From Macrostomum lignano (lineage: Eukaryota): 60,177 nucleotides of DNA. Below are positions 24,994-38,579 of this stretch, in pieces (within the stretch, counting starts at the first letter, position 1; every line of letters begins with the position of its first letter). A program made the translations under genes and the position numbers. The notes under the pieces are model-generated. The model worked only from the letters and a program-made list of their open reading frames with translations. It searched no databases and was not told the DNA's origin. The stretch is from positions 1 through 60,177 of the forward strand of contig NIVC01003388.1 in the NCBI GenBank assembly GCA_002269645.1, in the 5' to 3' direction.

Positions 24994-25323
24994 CACTTTA
25001 GACTGCCCTCTAACTATTGTCAACTATTGAAATATATAACTTTTCATTTTCTACCCAAAAATAATTTAATTCAGTAAACTAGGAGATTGCCAAGCCAACT
25101 ATCAGGCTTATTAACATTAACATTGATGTTACTCTGACACTCTATAGGAACTTGCACTATTGATAGCCAACAAGATATTGACTATTTATTAGTTGGTCAT
25201 GTATAGGCTCTTAAGGAATTTTTTAAGTCTGTCAATGATATTTTAAAACTTTAGAAGTCTAGCCATGTGGCTATGATGACAATATAAGGCCTAGTTTATT
25301 GATAGCTACTATTAGTTATCCTG

Positions 25324-25594
25324 ATTGCAGCGCATGGGCATTTTGGCGGACGGCGTCCAGCGCGGATCTAATACGGCGTGGCGCGGCGCGTACGGCGTGC
25401 GGCGATTAGTACAGCGCGGCGCGGTACTAATTAGATGCTGAGGCATTTAGGCTTGATAAGACAGTCATAGTTACTCCTGCCGTTTACCCAAAACTGCGTT
25501 AATTTTGCTTTAGGGTTTCTTTCACAGGTAAGTCATTTCACAGCGTGGCGCAGGTTGTGTAGGCGTCTGGCGTACTTAAGCCATGCGCTGCAAT
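25324..25594. mobile_element. Small GC-rich MITE-like element with 14-bp TIR
   Basis: attgcagcgcatgg (25324-25337) and ccatgcgctgcaat (25581-25594), with gcggcgcg subrepeats inside an AT-rich context. No TSD established. Confidence 0.55.
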
Positions 25595-26333
25595 AGGGTT
25601 AGTTATGTCCTAATTATAAGAGATAGAAAGCTATCACAAAAGGCAAATTTTTAGAGCAGCTATCTATCTTTGATAGTACCTTAGTACCTTGGATATACTC
25701 TTTGGGAACCACCTCAAAAATATCTATGGCTTTAATATACATTGATTCATTAATAATATTTAAATAGCTATTTTAAAATCAAATCATTTGTTTTTAATTT
25801 TAGGATAGGCCCCTAAACAACTTTTTTAAAGAATCATTTTATTTAAGTGTTTTTTAGAATTTACAAAGGGGGGATTACAACTACAAGGATATTAGGTTAA
25901 AGATGATTGCCCAATTTGAATACTATCTATATGCAAAAACTGCTAATTGTAAAAATGCCTTTATATGCAATGATAGTGATAGGCCTAGGGGTTAACTAAA
26001 ATTAAGGAACATAAGAAAAAGATAAAAATCTTCAATTTTAAAGTAAAGCCAAAGCCAAAGGGCCTAAGCAGAACAGGATTAGGAAGTTTTAAGTCTCTCC
26101 CTAGGATTAGGCCATCTTGAAGATAGCCTAGGCCTATAGGCCTATGTTAGAATTTTCCAATTTTAATACTGGATTTGAATGGCTTTGGAAAACAGATTCG
26201 TATAGGTCCTACATATATAAAGGTGATCAACATGGGCCTTAGCCTTACATGGCTGGCATACAGATTGGTATATCAATCAATTTTAGATATTATATAAGTA
26301 ATGTGATATGATAGGCCTATGATATATACTATT

Positions 26334-27040
26334 TAGAGCTGTCACAAGATCTCAACGAGACAAGATTCGAGACAAGATCTCAACATTTTTTCTCGTCTCG
26401 AGAAATCTCGAATTTTGTTAAGAAATTTGAGACGAGATTCAAGAATTTTTCTGATACCTTTTTTCAAAAGCTTTTAATTAAGTGATAAGATATAAAAAGG
26501 GGAGCAAATTTTCATATAAATATAACTGTTTGTTGTAACACGCTTGATAGGGCAATTTTCAAATGGTAAAATCTAGCCAATGTCGAGCAGTTATTTAATG
26601 AGTGTTGTTATATATGAGTTTGCATTGCATATTTTGCTCTTTTATATTATATTGCTCTTTTAGTTATCATTTCAGTTCTACAGCAAGGTGTATCATAGCA
26701 GACTTGAAGACAATCTACACAGGTCTTTTGATGAATTAGTAATAGACATAGTAGGGCCAAGGGCCTATATGCTACAAGCATAAATTCTTATGAATAAATA
26801 GCAAAGAATTTAAACTAGAATTAAGAAAGTATTCTGGAAAATTTAAAAAATATATTTTAGAATTGTATCTTATCAAGAAATTTAAGACAAGATAAGGCAA
26901 GATAAGAGCAAGACAAGATGCAATTCTGAAATATATTTTTTAGATTTAATTTGTCTTGTCTCGTCTCGAAATTCTCGACTTATAAGCCTTTCTCGTCTCG
27001 AATCTCGTCTCGAATAAAATCTCTAATTTTGACAGCTCTA
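26334..27040. mobile_element. hAT-type MITE, 707 bp
   Basis: TIR TAGAGCTGTCA / TGACAGCTCTA; perfect 8-bp TSD atactatt (26326-26333 and 27041-27048); subterminal gagacaaga / tctcgtctc repeats. Confidence 0.9.
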
Positions 27041-28167
27041 ATACTATTGATCATTGATATAATTTTAGGAATGTTTTTTGCTTGTTTAGAATCATTTTGG
27101 TTATGGCAGAACTTCGTTACATTACAATAAAGTCCAAAAGACTATTGCCATAGGGCATTGGCAATGGACGTGTAGATTTATAAAATTACTACTAGGCCTA
27201 GCCTAAATTGAAGCAATCATATGATGCTAGTTACAATACAATATAACCATAGGCTTATGATATAACAATTCTTTAAAAGTTTAACTTTCTAAAAATTCAC
27301 GACATTTTAGACCGAAACTCTCTTGTCTTCAGAGCTGATGCATCGCCGATGATAGCTAAGCGGAGCTCGGTCAGTGCCAATATTCCTTCCTATAATTTGC
27401 TAGCTACGAGCTACGTGGTTTTAAATTTTCGAAGTTGTTTAAATTAATGAAATTAAGATTCCATGTGATAAAACAAAATTTGTATCAGTATGAAGCATTT
27501 TAAGAAACAAAACAATTAAACAAAAACTATTTAGTAGCTAGGGCGTGTGGTAAAACGTTAATAAATTAAACCATGAAATAAAATAGAATACAATAGGTGA
27601 TATCATGATAATCATTAGTGTTGCATAAAAATAAGCTATAAAATAAACAGAAATGGTTTACAAAATCCAAGGAATATGCAACCTGGGTCCCCTATTATTC
27701 CACTTTCAGATAGTCTTTATAGGCATTAGATAGTCTAGCTCAAGATAGTGAACTATTTTTAATAAATTTTATAGCATATTAACTATAAAATATGCCTAGG
27801 CCTACTTAATAATTTTCTTCTTTAAAGTCAAAAAATTGAAAAAGGTTGTCCAAGTCAATTTTTATATTGTCTTAAAATTGTTAGGCCTAGCTTAGCATAT
27901 AAATTATGCTTTGATATAGAACTATAAGGTTATGATTTTTGTGCAAAATAAATTTAAATCTTATATTAGGTATAGTGGAAATGGAGGGCAAGTGGGACTA
28001 TATCTTTGCAGGTTTTAAGCACAATGTATTATTCATACTTATACTAGGCACTATATAATATAATTGTAAGAAGCTATAAGAGTACTTTGCTATTTTCACT
28101 TTGCCTTGTATTTTATTACATTATTTAATTTCAAACTGAAACTAATAACATTCATGAGTCTACTACA

Positions 28168-29656
28168 ATGTCTGCCAGTTCTAATATTATTAATATTAAT
28201 GAACCTATTAAGCCTCAGCTACCACTGCATCTATTTGTCTATGGCACTCTGAAATTTGGCCAACCAAATCAACATGTGCTGCTTGGTGCAGGCGGTGAAG
28301 GTGGCGCTGTGTATGTATCTGGCGGCCGCACCTTGGAGTCCTATCCCCTAGTGATCAGCAGCAGCGCCAATATTCCATTCCTATTAAATCGGCCTGGCTT
28401 GGGACATAGAATATTTGGTCACATTGTCTGCGTGAGAACTTTGGCCGCCCTATCAACTCTGGACGAATTCGAGGCCTGCCCGGAGCTCTACCAGCGGCTG
28501 TCTGTTCCAGTGGAAGCTCTGCCGGCACCCGAGTCTGATTGGGCCGTCAAACATGCGGGGTGTTCCCTGCCAGTGCAGCAGCCGGGCCAGACTGTTTTCT
28601 GTCAGGTTAGCTCGAAATTAGATGAGCAAACATGTTGCTCTACTAATATTTTCACGTCTTGTCAGTAGCAATGCTGGACTTTTATTTTCGTAGCTGACCG
28701 AGCTAACATGCAGTTAAGAAAATAGTAAACTTTTTTAAACCTCTACTTTTGCCGTTTTGTGTCTACCCCTCACTTCCGCCCCTCTAAACACCCGCCCCTC
28801 TCACCCAGCCCTCTTCCACCCCCTACATCTGCCCCTCTACACTCAGCCCTCTTCCGCCCCTTTACATCCACCCTTCTATACACCCGCCCATCTACAGCCG
28901 GCCCTCTTCCGCCCCTTTACATCCGCCCTTCTATACACCCGCCCATCTACACCCAGCCCTCTTCCGCCCGTCAACATCTGCCCATCCACTTCCGCCCCTC
29001 TACTTCCGCCCCTCTACATCCGCCCCTCTAAACACCCGCCCCTCTCACCCAGCCCTCTTCCACCCCCTAAATCTGCCCATCTACACCCAGCCCCCTTCCG
29101 CCCCTTTATATCCGCCCCTCTACATCCGCCCATCTACTTCCGCCCCAGCTCTACTTCCGCCCCTCTACTTCCGCCCCTCTACATACGCCCCTCTATACAC
29201 GCACCCCTCTAAACCAAACCCTCTTCCGCCCCTCTACATCTGCCCCTCCATATCCGCCCCTCTACATCCGACCTATATCAGCCTCTAGATCCGCTTCGTT
29301 CGCGCCCACTTTCTTTTGCATCCATGCACCGCCTCTAATTCTCTCTATAATTAAATGACTATATAAAAAACTTGTGCTGTCAGCAACAAGACAGGTGTTA
29401 GGGATAGATAAGTACACCTTATCCTGCAATATGCTGTCCCGAACTTGCTAATATAAGTATATCTCAATAATTTTCTTCATCTGATAATCAGATTTACGTC
29501 TACAGCGGACCAGACGAAAAACTGTTGAGACTGCCTCACTTGGCCGACTATCGATCTGACGGGGACCACGGGCGGCCCTACCTGGCTGAGGTGGACGATG
29601 TCGCTTCACCGGAGCAGCTGGAGGAACATGAAAAAATTGACGCTGCATGTAGCTAG
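28168..29656 (+). CDS. GGACT: Gamma-glutamylaminecyclotransferase (GGACT/AIG2-like); 2 exons, 200 aa
   Basis: Exons 28168-28605 and 29492-29656 (phase 0). LFVYGTLKFGQPN, YPLVI..IPFLL, LDEFEACPELYQR, then IYVY...LPHLADYRSDGDHGRPY. Confidence 0.88.
28780..29280. repeat. C-rich degenerate minisatellite (cttccgcccctctacat..) in the GGACT intron
   Basis: Read directly from the sequence. Confidence 0.85.
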
Positions 29657-31746
29657 AGGTCAAATTGCTCTGCAATGCCCGATTCTGCTAGGACAATTTT
29701 AAAAAGGACTACCACTATTAAGAGGACATGAGCACTTGGAAATTGTGGACGATTAATGCTTCAGAAGGCGTTACAGAGACAACAACTTTTCCGATTTTTT
29801 ACAATAATTCAGCAGTTCCTTATCGTCTGGTCTGAGCTTCCCAATGCGTAGTTGCTTGTTGTTTTAGTTTGCAGGTGGCTGTAGGTACCGCAATTTCAAA
29901 CATTAACAATTAAAATTCGCTAATGGAGAAGAAAAACTACAACTAAGAAATGTATTGAAGAGATGGGAGAGCTGAAATTTTTCTTGGATTTAGCTTTTCT
30001 GTGAAGGCTTCGGTAGTGGTGTTTTGTCAATAATCAAAATCGATAAACTTGTGAAAGCACCTCGGATCGAACGCATGATAGTATCAGTGCAGAAAAATTC
30101 CAAATTTTAGTCTCATGTCTAGTATTGCTCATCAAGTCTTGCGGTTACTGCATGCATGGGTCATCTGTACCTATATAGTTATGTCCAAATTTTTCGACTT
30201 TCGGATTTCCGTCACGTGCCTACTTTAAAAGATGCGATTTTTTGTGTCCATTTCTTTTATGCGAGGCTTTTTTTACATCCGGGATGTTGTCGGTGGAACA
30301 TTTCTTTGCTAATCGGGACGCATGTTTTTCTAGTCGTTATGAAATTATTTCCACCATTTTAAGCATGATTATTCATAATTGCCAACATAGTTGCAGCTGC
30401 GTCTGCCTGCAATTTAGAGGGCTGCTGCTTGCAAAATTTAGCCATTCAAATTGCCTACCAATTATTAATAATCACCTTATGTGCGCACCTGCCGACTTTC
30501 ACTATACAGATAAAAAAATATTTCCTTATATTTTCGTAGAACAGGCTTTTGAAGCCGGAACCCAAGCCTCACCTGTGCAGCGGACGGCTGGTCCGCAGCA
30601 GTTTTGCCAAAACCTTGCAATTGCAGTTCCGACAGTTTAAAAACTTCAATGTCTGAGGATTCGATAATTTCAGCAGGTTTTTCCTAACCATTTATCCACA
30701 ATAGCCTCATCGAGTTTTACACAGAGCGAACTACAATATTTTCAAAATTGCATGGCTGTAGATAAAAACCAGTGTAAAATATTGTGCTCGCACTTCTGAA
30801 AACCTTGTGAGTTTCTGCAGAAACATTCGTGAGTTGCTTGTGATCTTCGTGCGGGAGCGATGGCTGCAGGTTTCTTTTTATATGATCTTGGTGAGACCAT
30901 CGCGGTTGGAAGTCCTTGCGAGATCTTTGTGAGCTTTGATGGGAGCCTTCCTTAGGTTCTTGTTAGGGCTTTGGGAGTTGGTGGTGTGACCAAATAAAAT
31001 CACCCTCCGTGCAGAAATCTTGAGCTTATGGGAATACGAGTAAGTGCATGAAGAAGTTTTCTGGAACTTGCAAACAACCATGCACAGGTGTTCTTAGATT
31101 TTCAAGCCTCACAAGCCAGACAAATTAAATCTGCCGCGTGACTTCGGAGGCCCCTAATTGTTATCAAGGAGGCGGACAGACTCGATAATTTTTTACCCTT
31201 CAAATATGCAAAAACAGCGCTTTGACCAGAAAGATGTTTAGATGGTCTAATCCGACTAAAAGCCATTTTTTCAAAAAAAGCAGACTAAAAAGACCCAGAC
31301 GGCTCTTTGAGACCCAGTGCAGCTGTGGACTGGCCTAGGTTTGAGGAGACTTGTCGATAATTTTGTGAGCAGACTCTCGGTGTGTGGGCTGGCTTTCGAA
31401 GAAAATCTATTCGGGCTCGGATTAAAAGCAGCCTGAATTCAACAGGTTTTCTGGCGCGTTTCCAAGCGGATAGACAGACGCCGAAAGGGACAGCTGGACT
31501 TGTTCCTATATCCTGTCCGCTGCCAGATAGAAATGACGCACGAACTTAAATTATTCTAGATGCAGTCGTATTAGGAATCGTTGCATTCAACTCAGTCAAA
31601 GCTTTTTCAAAAATTGGAACTTCACTTAATTAAGTGTCCATTAATGCTTCAAGCTAATTATACATTATTCGCTGGGTTTTTTTTAACAATAGAGACTCAT
31701 CTCACCTGAGCTTCTAAATCGAAAGTAGAGGTTTGAAAAATTACAT

Positions 31747-34660
31747 TTAACCTTTTCATGCCAAGGCCAGAAAATTAGAAACTCCGTTCCGGCCGACTTG
31801 GTCAGCAGGGCTAACCATACTCGTAGACTATTGCATGAAAATTTGACTGCTGATTTGCAAAGTCCTTGTAGCCGAGAAGGATTAACAAAACCATCTCGCT
31901 TGCACAGTGGACTGTCAGGCCAGGGTAGAAAGTGTGAATGTACATGGCCTGGACAGAAATTAAAAGCTGGCCATAGACTATAAAATTTCAGGAAACCAAT
32001 TTAGACAGGCATGGCTCTCTAAACATATTCTGTACCCTTTTACATTAAGGCTGATGTTGAGAGTTGAGTGTGGATGTACATGTATAGCTTGAACAAAAGT
32101 TTAAAAGCTGGCCATATGCTATATACTATTATCTTTAAAAACTAAAAAGCAGGCCTAGCTGTTTTAATGTTTCTGTACATTTCTATCGAGCATTAGCAGA
32201 GCAGAGTCAACTTTAAATATCTATATCTACAATTATACTATGGACGATGTGCTCTTCACATCAGATTCTGACAGCGACATCGCCATCACAGACGATTCTG
32301 ATCCAATGCAGTCTGCTGAAGAAGGAGACGATTTGCAGGAAAGTGGTGAAGATGTCGCTATCGATGAAGAAGGAGACGATTTGCAGGAAAGTGGTGAAGA
32401 TGTCGCTATCGATGAAGAAGGAGACGATTTGCAGGAAAGTGGTGAAGATGTCGCTATCGATGAAGAAGGAGACGATTTGCAGGAAAGTGGTGAAGATGTC
32501 GCTATCGATGAAGGAGACGATTTGCAGGAAAGTGGTGAAGATGTCGCTATCGATGAAGAAGGAGACGATTTGCAGGAAAGTGGTGAAGATGTCGCTATCG
32601 ATGAAGGAGACGATTTGCAGGAAAGTGGTGAAGATGTCGCTATCGATGAAGGAGACGATTTGCAGGAAAGTGGTGAAGATGTCGCTATCGATGAAGAAGG
32701 TGACGATTTGCAGGAAAGTGGTGAAGATGTCGCTATCGATGAAGGTGACGAGTGGCTGGAAGTAGAGCCTGGCAATGATGTTGGCGGCGGTGGAATAAAC
32801 TTTGTAAGCATTACTGGAATAAACCCGAGCATTGAGCTTCCTGACGATCCGGAAACATTGACTTCTTTCTGAGACTATTTCTGACCATGCAACCAGCTAC
32901 TAAACAGCATTGTGCAGTGGACGAACTCAAAGGCATGGTTCGAATATGAACAAACATCTCTCGACGGCGAAGAACTGCCGACAGTTCTAAAGTCATGGAA
33001 GGATACTAACCGTGACGAGATCTCCAAGCTTCTGGGCGTGCACCTGTTAATGGAAATATCCCGAAAGCCGGAGTTACACGACTACTGGAGCACCAGTGAC
33101 ATTCACTGCACACCGTTTTTCCAGTCTCCATATGCCCTCACACGTGACAGATTCATACAGCTGCTCTCGTTTCTTCGGTTTTACGAGGCACGCAAACCAG
33201 TCACGGATGATCCGCTGCACAAAATCCGTCCACTAATTCAACTGGCTCAGCGGCTCTGCAGCAACGTTTACCAGCCAGAGCAGCAACTTAGTGTTGATGA
33301 GTCTCTCATTCTGAACAAAGGAAGGCTGCAGTTCAGACAGTATATACCATCAAAGAGAGCACGAGTTGGTATAAAATTGTACTGCGCTTGTGAATCGACT
33401 TCTGGATATTTATACAGCTTTCTGGTGCACTCGACTGCAGAAGAAAATTCCCGCTTAGGTGAAGACCTCGGCTGCGATCAACTGTCTCTGAGCGAGAGAT
33501 AGTAGTTGAACTGTGTAAGGTTCTGCTTGATTTAGACTACCACGTTTTCGTGGACAAGTGGTTCGCCTCTGCCAGACTTGCCAGTGTTCTGTACGAGCGC
33601 AGCCCACTTTTCACAGGAACTGTTCGAGCCGACCGCGGAGTGCCTTTGTCGCTCCGTGGACGCCAGGTGCCAGCAAACGACGTTGTCTTCATGAGAAAGC
33701 AGCCTCTGCTAGCCATGAAGATCTCAGAGCGGAAAGAGAGCGACTTGAAGACGATCTTCATGCTTGACACCCATGGCTCAGCTGACAAAGCCCAGGTACC
33801 GCGAATTCGCAAGAGCGGTAAAGTGGTGCTGGTGCAGAAGAGCGCATCGAATTCGCTATTCGATCGCTGCATGGGAGGTGTTGACCGACTAGACGCCATG
33901 CTGAAGCCATACGACAGCTGTCGAAAAACGTGTAAGTGGTTTCACAAGTTGGGATTGCACCTCTGCCAGCTTCTCGTACACAATGCGTGGGTTGTGTATT
34001 CAAAGAACGGTGGTCGCTTGCCATTCGTAAAGTTTCTGGAGCGATGCATTGTTCATTTGGTGGAATCGACTGGCCCTGGCAGGCTGAGAGCAGTGCCCAG
34101 GATGCTGACAGGTGCCGCTGCCCAGCAGGAACGCCACTTTCCATCAAGGCTTCCACCAAACGACTCCACACCTAGACCGGCAAAGCGCTGTCGCGTGTGC
34201 TACAGCAGGGGCAATGCAAAGCGCACTGTTTTCTGCTGCACCGTGTGCCCAGGCGCCCCTGGACTTTGTCCCAGCCCCTGCTTCAGGGAGTGGCATGCGA
34301 ATCACTAAGTAACTGAAGCTACCATCATAGGATGCGTTTCGAATGTGTCTGAGTTATTGTCGGTTGCAAGCTGTTCTATATTTTCTTTACATCTCTTCTG
34401 AATTTTCACTAACACCGTTATTTATCACTATGCTGCTCTCACTTAAATTTGATAATTTTGAGCATGTGCTCATATTTGGTTCTTAATATTTTTTCTAACA
34501 TAAGAAGTTAATGCTTGCAATGCGTTTTGCTACAAAAATCATTTTTTCGCTCGTTAAAATAAACTACTCGCATTTTACATATCAGTCAGTAAGTTTACTG
34601 CATATTCCTTCGCTCATATTCACTTGTAGTAAACTCGTGGCAGGCAAACGTATGCAAGAT
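31747..34660 (+). mobile_element. piggyBac-like element, boundaries tentative
   Basis: TTAA followed by CCTTTTCATGCCAAG at 31747-31765 is a plausible left end. Only a poor right-end match (gtggcaggcaaacgta, ~34637-34652). Confidence 0.45.
32240..34308 (+). pseudogene. piggyBac (PGBD4-like) transposase with at least two frameshifts
   Basis: Segments 32240-32872 (acidic repeat N-terminus), 32912-33502 and 33550-34308. Motifs VDES, YIPSKRARVGIKLY, VDKWF, GTVRADR, MGGVDRLD and the C-terminal CRVC...CCTVC...LCPSPCF..WH. Confidence 0.9.
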
Positions 34661-35121
34661 AGACACATTTAGCCGTATTATCTACCTTGGCCAGCGTTGC
34701 TGACCATGATCGTCAGGAAAGGCTCTGCTTCTTTGAAACTTTTCTCGCCCATAGACAGCACGAAATTTTCTCGGCAGATAGGGCTTTTAGTCTATGGTCA
34801 GCTCTGCTGACCATCCGGCAGCTTGAAGTTAAAGAGCGACAGCGTCTAGCACAGATGATGCGGCCTGACAGCTTGAGTCACCAATCTTGAAGTTCATTCA
34901 GACCCTATGAATAAAGCCGCGAATTCTGCCAAATTTAATAATGCCCTCAAATACGAGCCAATGCGATCTGTGTCATCGGTTGATGCTGACTCCACTGATG
35001 AACGAGACTGATACAATTTTGAAGCGTTATTATTTAGCTAATATCTGTGTAATGGGATTTTCGTTCAGCAAAGCAGAACAGCTGCAGTTGTATTAGCGGT
35101 TTGTGGGGTCCCTGCCAGCAT

Positions 35122-35586
35122 GCTTCGGTCACTGCTCCCACCAGCTCCGGTCACTGCTCCCACCAACTCCAGTCACTGCTCTCACCATCTCCAGTCACTG
35201 CTCTCACCATCTCCGGTCACTGCTCTCACCATCTCCGGTCACTGCTCTCACCATCTCCGGCCACTGCTCCCACCATCTCCGGTCACTGCTCTCACCAACT
35301 CCGGTCACTGCTCCCACCATCTCCGGTCACTGCTCCCACCATCTCCGGTCACTGCTCTCACCAACTCCGGTCACTGCTCCCACCATCTCCAGTCACTGCT
35401 CTCACCATCTCCAGTCACTGCTCTCACCATCTCCGGTCACTGCTCTCACCAGCTCCAGTCACTGCTCTCACCAGCTCCAGTCACTGCTCTCACCATCTCC
35501 GGTCACTGCTCTCACCAACTCCAGTCACTGCTCTCACCAGCTCCAGTCACTGCTCTCACCAGCTCCAGTCACTGCTTTCACCATCT
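35122..35586. repeat. 22-bp minisatellite (tcactgctctcaccatctccgg), ~21 copies
   Basis: Read directly from the sequence. Confidence 0.93.
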
Positions 35587-35989
35587 CGGTTTAGTTTGAG
35601 AACTGAAAATGAACAGACCCGACCAGCTCCGGTCCCCATCACGGTCCCTTCGGCGGCTCCTATCACTGTCGGGAGCTGCTCCCAGTCGCACCACCAAAGA
35701 CAGACAGACACTAACAAGACAGGCAGCTAGAACATGATATTTGAGGACGAGCTTGTAAAGTTTTTTTGGCAACCATGCATCCGTTTGCTTTGCGGGACTA
35801 AAGCACAGAACCTATCGCCTGTCTTCCTAAAGCCCCATTTTCATTCACACTTTTTACTTACGAGCGTACTAGAACTGGTCGATGACTCGTCTGATGAATC
35901 TTATTTGACCAATCAGAGTGCTTCTAGGGTAAGGCAACAGTCAGCCACCCTCGTATTTTTCTGTCGTTTTCTGTTGTCGGGAAATTTTC

Positions 35990-35997
35990 TATAAATA
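35990..35997 (+). promoter_or_regulatory. TATA box of the secreted Cys-rich protein gene
   Basis: TATAAATA ~110 bp upstream of the ATG at 36106. Confidence 0.5.
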
Positions 35998-36105
35998 CGA
36001 GCAAAAATTCGGTGCCCAGCAAGGCCTCACAGACCCCGGAGATATACTCTCTCAATTTCTACTCAGCTCTGACTAGACGCGAGACTCTCAGCTCCTCAAC
36101 CAAGG

Positions 36106-36670
36106 ATGTCGGCCGTATCCGCTGCACTGCTCCTGGTTGCCACCGCCCTGATGGCGGCCTCGGCCACTGCCAGCTACGAGTGCCTGAGCGGGAACAGCAC
36201 CGCCAGTGCTTCTCTGCGCCAGGCCACCCTGCTTGGCCTGGCTCAGCCCATGCCCGGCTGCACCGAGTTCAGGCACTACTGCAGCTCCGTGATCCTGTTG
36301 TACCCGCAGGCTGGCAGCACCGTCTACATGACGGTGGCCAAGCCCGGCAACTGCGAGCGAGTTAAGGCTCTGATTGTTCGGTAAGTGTGGGGGTTTGGCT
36401 CAAGGTGTGCATGGCTTCATGGGATGCTGATATTCCCCAACCAAAATTGCCGCCTGACTCTGCAGCGCCGCCGAAGACCCCGAGACCCCCAGGAAGGATC
36501 TCAGCCACTGTCTTCGCCTAGACGTGAGTCACGTGATCCACTGGCTGCACCGGGGCTACGAGTACAAGCCTCTGGCCGAATGCGTTGAGAACATCTGCAC
36601 CGCTCTGACCAGCCTGCAGACCTGGCAGGTGCGCCAGCGCAGGTTCTGCCGTCACTACTTCCAGGAGTGA
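36106..36670 (+). CDS. Uncharacterised secreted 8-Cys protein; 2 exons, 159 aa
   Basis: Exons 36106-36380 and 36466-36670 (CG|GTAAGT ... TGCAG|C; phase 2). Hydrophobic signal peptide, NST sequon, AATAAA near 36740. Confidence 0.75.
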
Positions 36671-37674
36671 GAGCCCGCCACGGCGGCAATGCTGGCGCAA
36701 CAATAGCTGCTGTCTCCATGGAAACAGCTATGAGCAGAGAATAAAGACTGGACTAACTCCATTTACCCCCGCCCCTATCTTTTTGTGCGTTATTTTTCAA
36801 TCCGTTGAAACTACAAGACCAACGAATTTAAAAATTAAGCATTCCCTTCTGTTGTTATTAAATGTTATCTGTTGTTTTCTAATCTTAAAGATGTTTTTTA
36901 GTCAATTTGAACACAAACGCCTGTCTTTAAGACACACAGGAAGAATAATAAACCCCGTGTTTATTCAATGAAATATTTAACCCCCCTGTTTTTGTTGAGA
37001 CATAAAAAAGCAAAATAAAAACTATAAAATAAAAAAATAAAATAAAAAACCGACGATGTTACGGCAAATATAAAGGTTGATGTCCCTCTCCAGCATTCAA
37101 AAATGCTTGTCTGACTTCAGGCTTTGTTTATTAATAATGAATTATCAATAAGCTAGGATGTGAGATCGAAAGATTTTTCAGATGTGTTTTTCCTCGACTC
37201 GCGGGCCGCACTGTAGTCAGAATTTGCGCGTTTGTGCCCTGCTTTACTGTCTATGGCGCAAGTCCAGTACGAAACGTGTCGGTGTGCTGGGAGTTGATGG
37301 GATCGTAGCTCTGTCAATGGAGTCATTGCCACATGGTCGTATAGGCGTGTGCGCTGTAATCCGTCATTGGCCTGTGGAAGCTGCTCATTAGGTATATAGC
37401 CACGCGCGCTCCAACTTTCTTGATAACCGGTGTTGGCCTGGCAACCTTGTTTCGGTGATGTGCGGCAGTGCAACGTGTGTCGCTGCTCCTTGGTTGATCC
37501 CTATTGACCCGTGACAGTTCTATTTTGTTGCTGTATCGGCCAACGGATTCAACATTTGATGCCCTAGCTGTGAATTAACTGTTAGGATTACTGCACATTA
37601 TGAATAGTTTGCTAGTACAGATATACTGGACGCGGTATCCGTTCTCGATAAGTTCGCGACCACTGTTCCACTGT

Positions 37675-37960
37675 CTCCGCAGGCTGGCAGCACCGTCTAC
37701 ATGTACATGGCGCAGATTGTTCGGTAAGTAGGGGTTTGGCTGAAAGTGTGCATGGCTTAATCTTGATGAACACGGGATGCTGATATTCCCCAACCAAAAT
37801 TGCCACCTGACACTGCAAGCGACGCCGAGGACCCCGAAACCCCGGGAAGGAGCTCAGCCTCCTCAGCCTGGACGTGAGTCACGTGATCCACTGGCTGCAC
37901 CGGGACTACGAGGCAGCTCTGGCCGAATGCGTTGAGAACATCTGCACCGCTCTGACCAGC
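37675..37960 (+). pseudogene. Degenerate partial tandem duplicate of the 8-Cys secreted protein gene
   Basis: Near-identical cgcaggctggcagcaccgtctacatg, gattgttcggtaagt, intron sequence and gacgtgagtcacgtgatcc...accgctctgaccagc, with internal deletions and no 5' end. Confidence 0.8.
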
Positions 37961-38161
37961 GGTGTCTACGCCAATTTGTGACTGAGAGACAAGCCAGCCT
38001 ATGGTTGGACATCCATCCAAGCTTGCGGTATATTTCAAACGAGTTGATTAACACCGGTGCTAGATGTTAATTCCGCTGACTCCTGACTCCTGTGCACTCA
38101 GACAGGCATTCCTACTCATGCTCTCACAGTCTGTACAGCAGCTAATAACTTTCTAATCGTC

Positions 38162-38420
38162 AGGCATGTACACTCTCTGGCTCTGTGGCATGTACACTCT
38201 CTGGCTCTGTGGCATGTACACTCTCTGGCTCTGTGGCATGTACACTCTCTGGCTCTGTGGCATGTACACTCTCTGGCTCTGTGGCATGTACACTCTCTGG
38301 CTCTGTGGCATGTACACTCTCTGGCTCTGTGGCATGTACACTCTCTGGCTCTGTGGCATGTACACTCTCTGGCTTTGTGGCATGTACACTCTCTGGCTCT
38401 GTGGCATGTACACTCTCTGG
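38162..38420. repeat. 24-bp minisatellite (catgtacactctctggctctgtgg), ~11 copies
   Basis: Read directly from the sequence. Confidence 0.95.
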
Positions 38421-38579
38421 GCCCCGGGGAGCCCCAGATTAACAGTAGAACTACCAAGAGGGGGGATTCCCCTCTGACATATTTTGCTGCGCCGGAACGG
38501 AGCAGCGCAGGCACACGAAATTCAAGAACACCAACTAACTTTTTGTTGCGCACCTTCTAAAACAGAAATCAAGTCGACA

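Noticed and set aside
30400-31500. Possible hAT/zinc-finger transposase or gene exons
   Set aside because: No convincing motif in any frame I translated.
37153-37480. Possible gypsy integrase C-terminal remnant on the minus strand
   Set aside because: Only a weak VIKKVG...YL resemblance.
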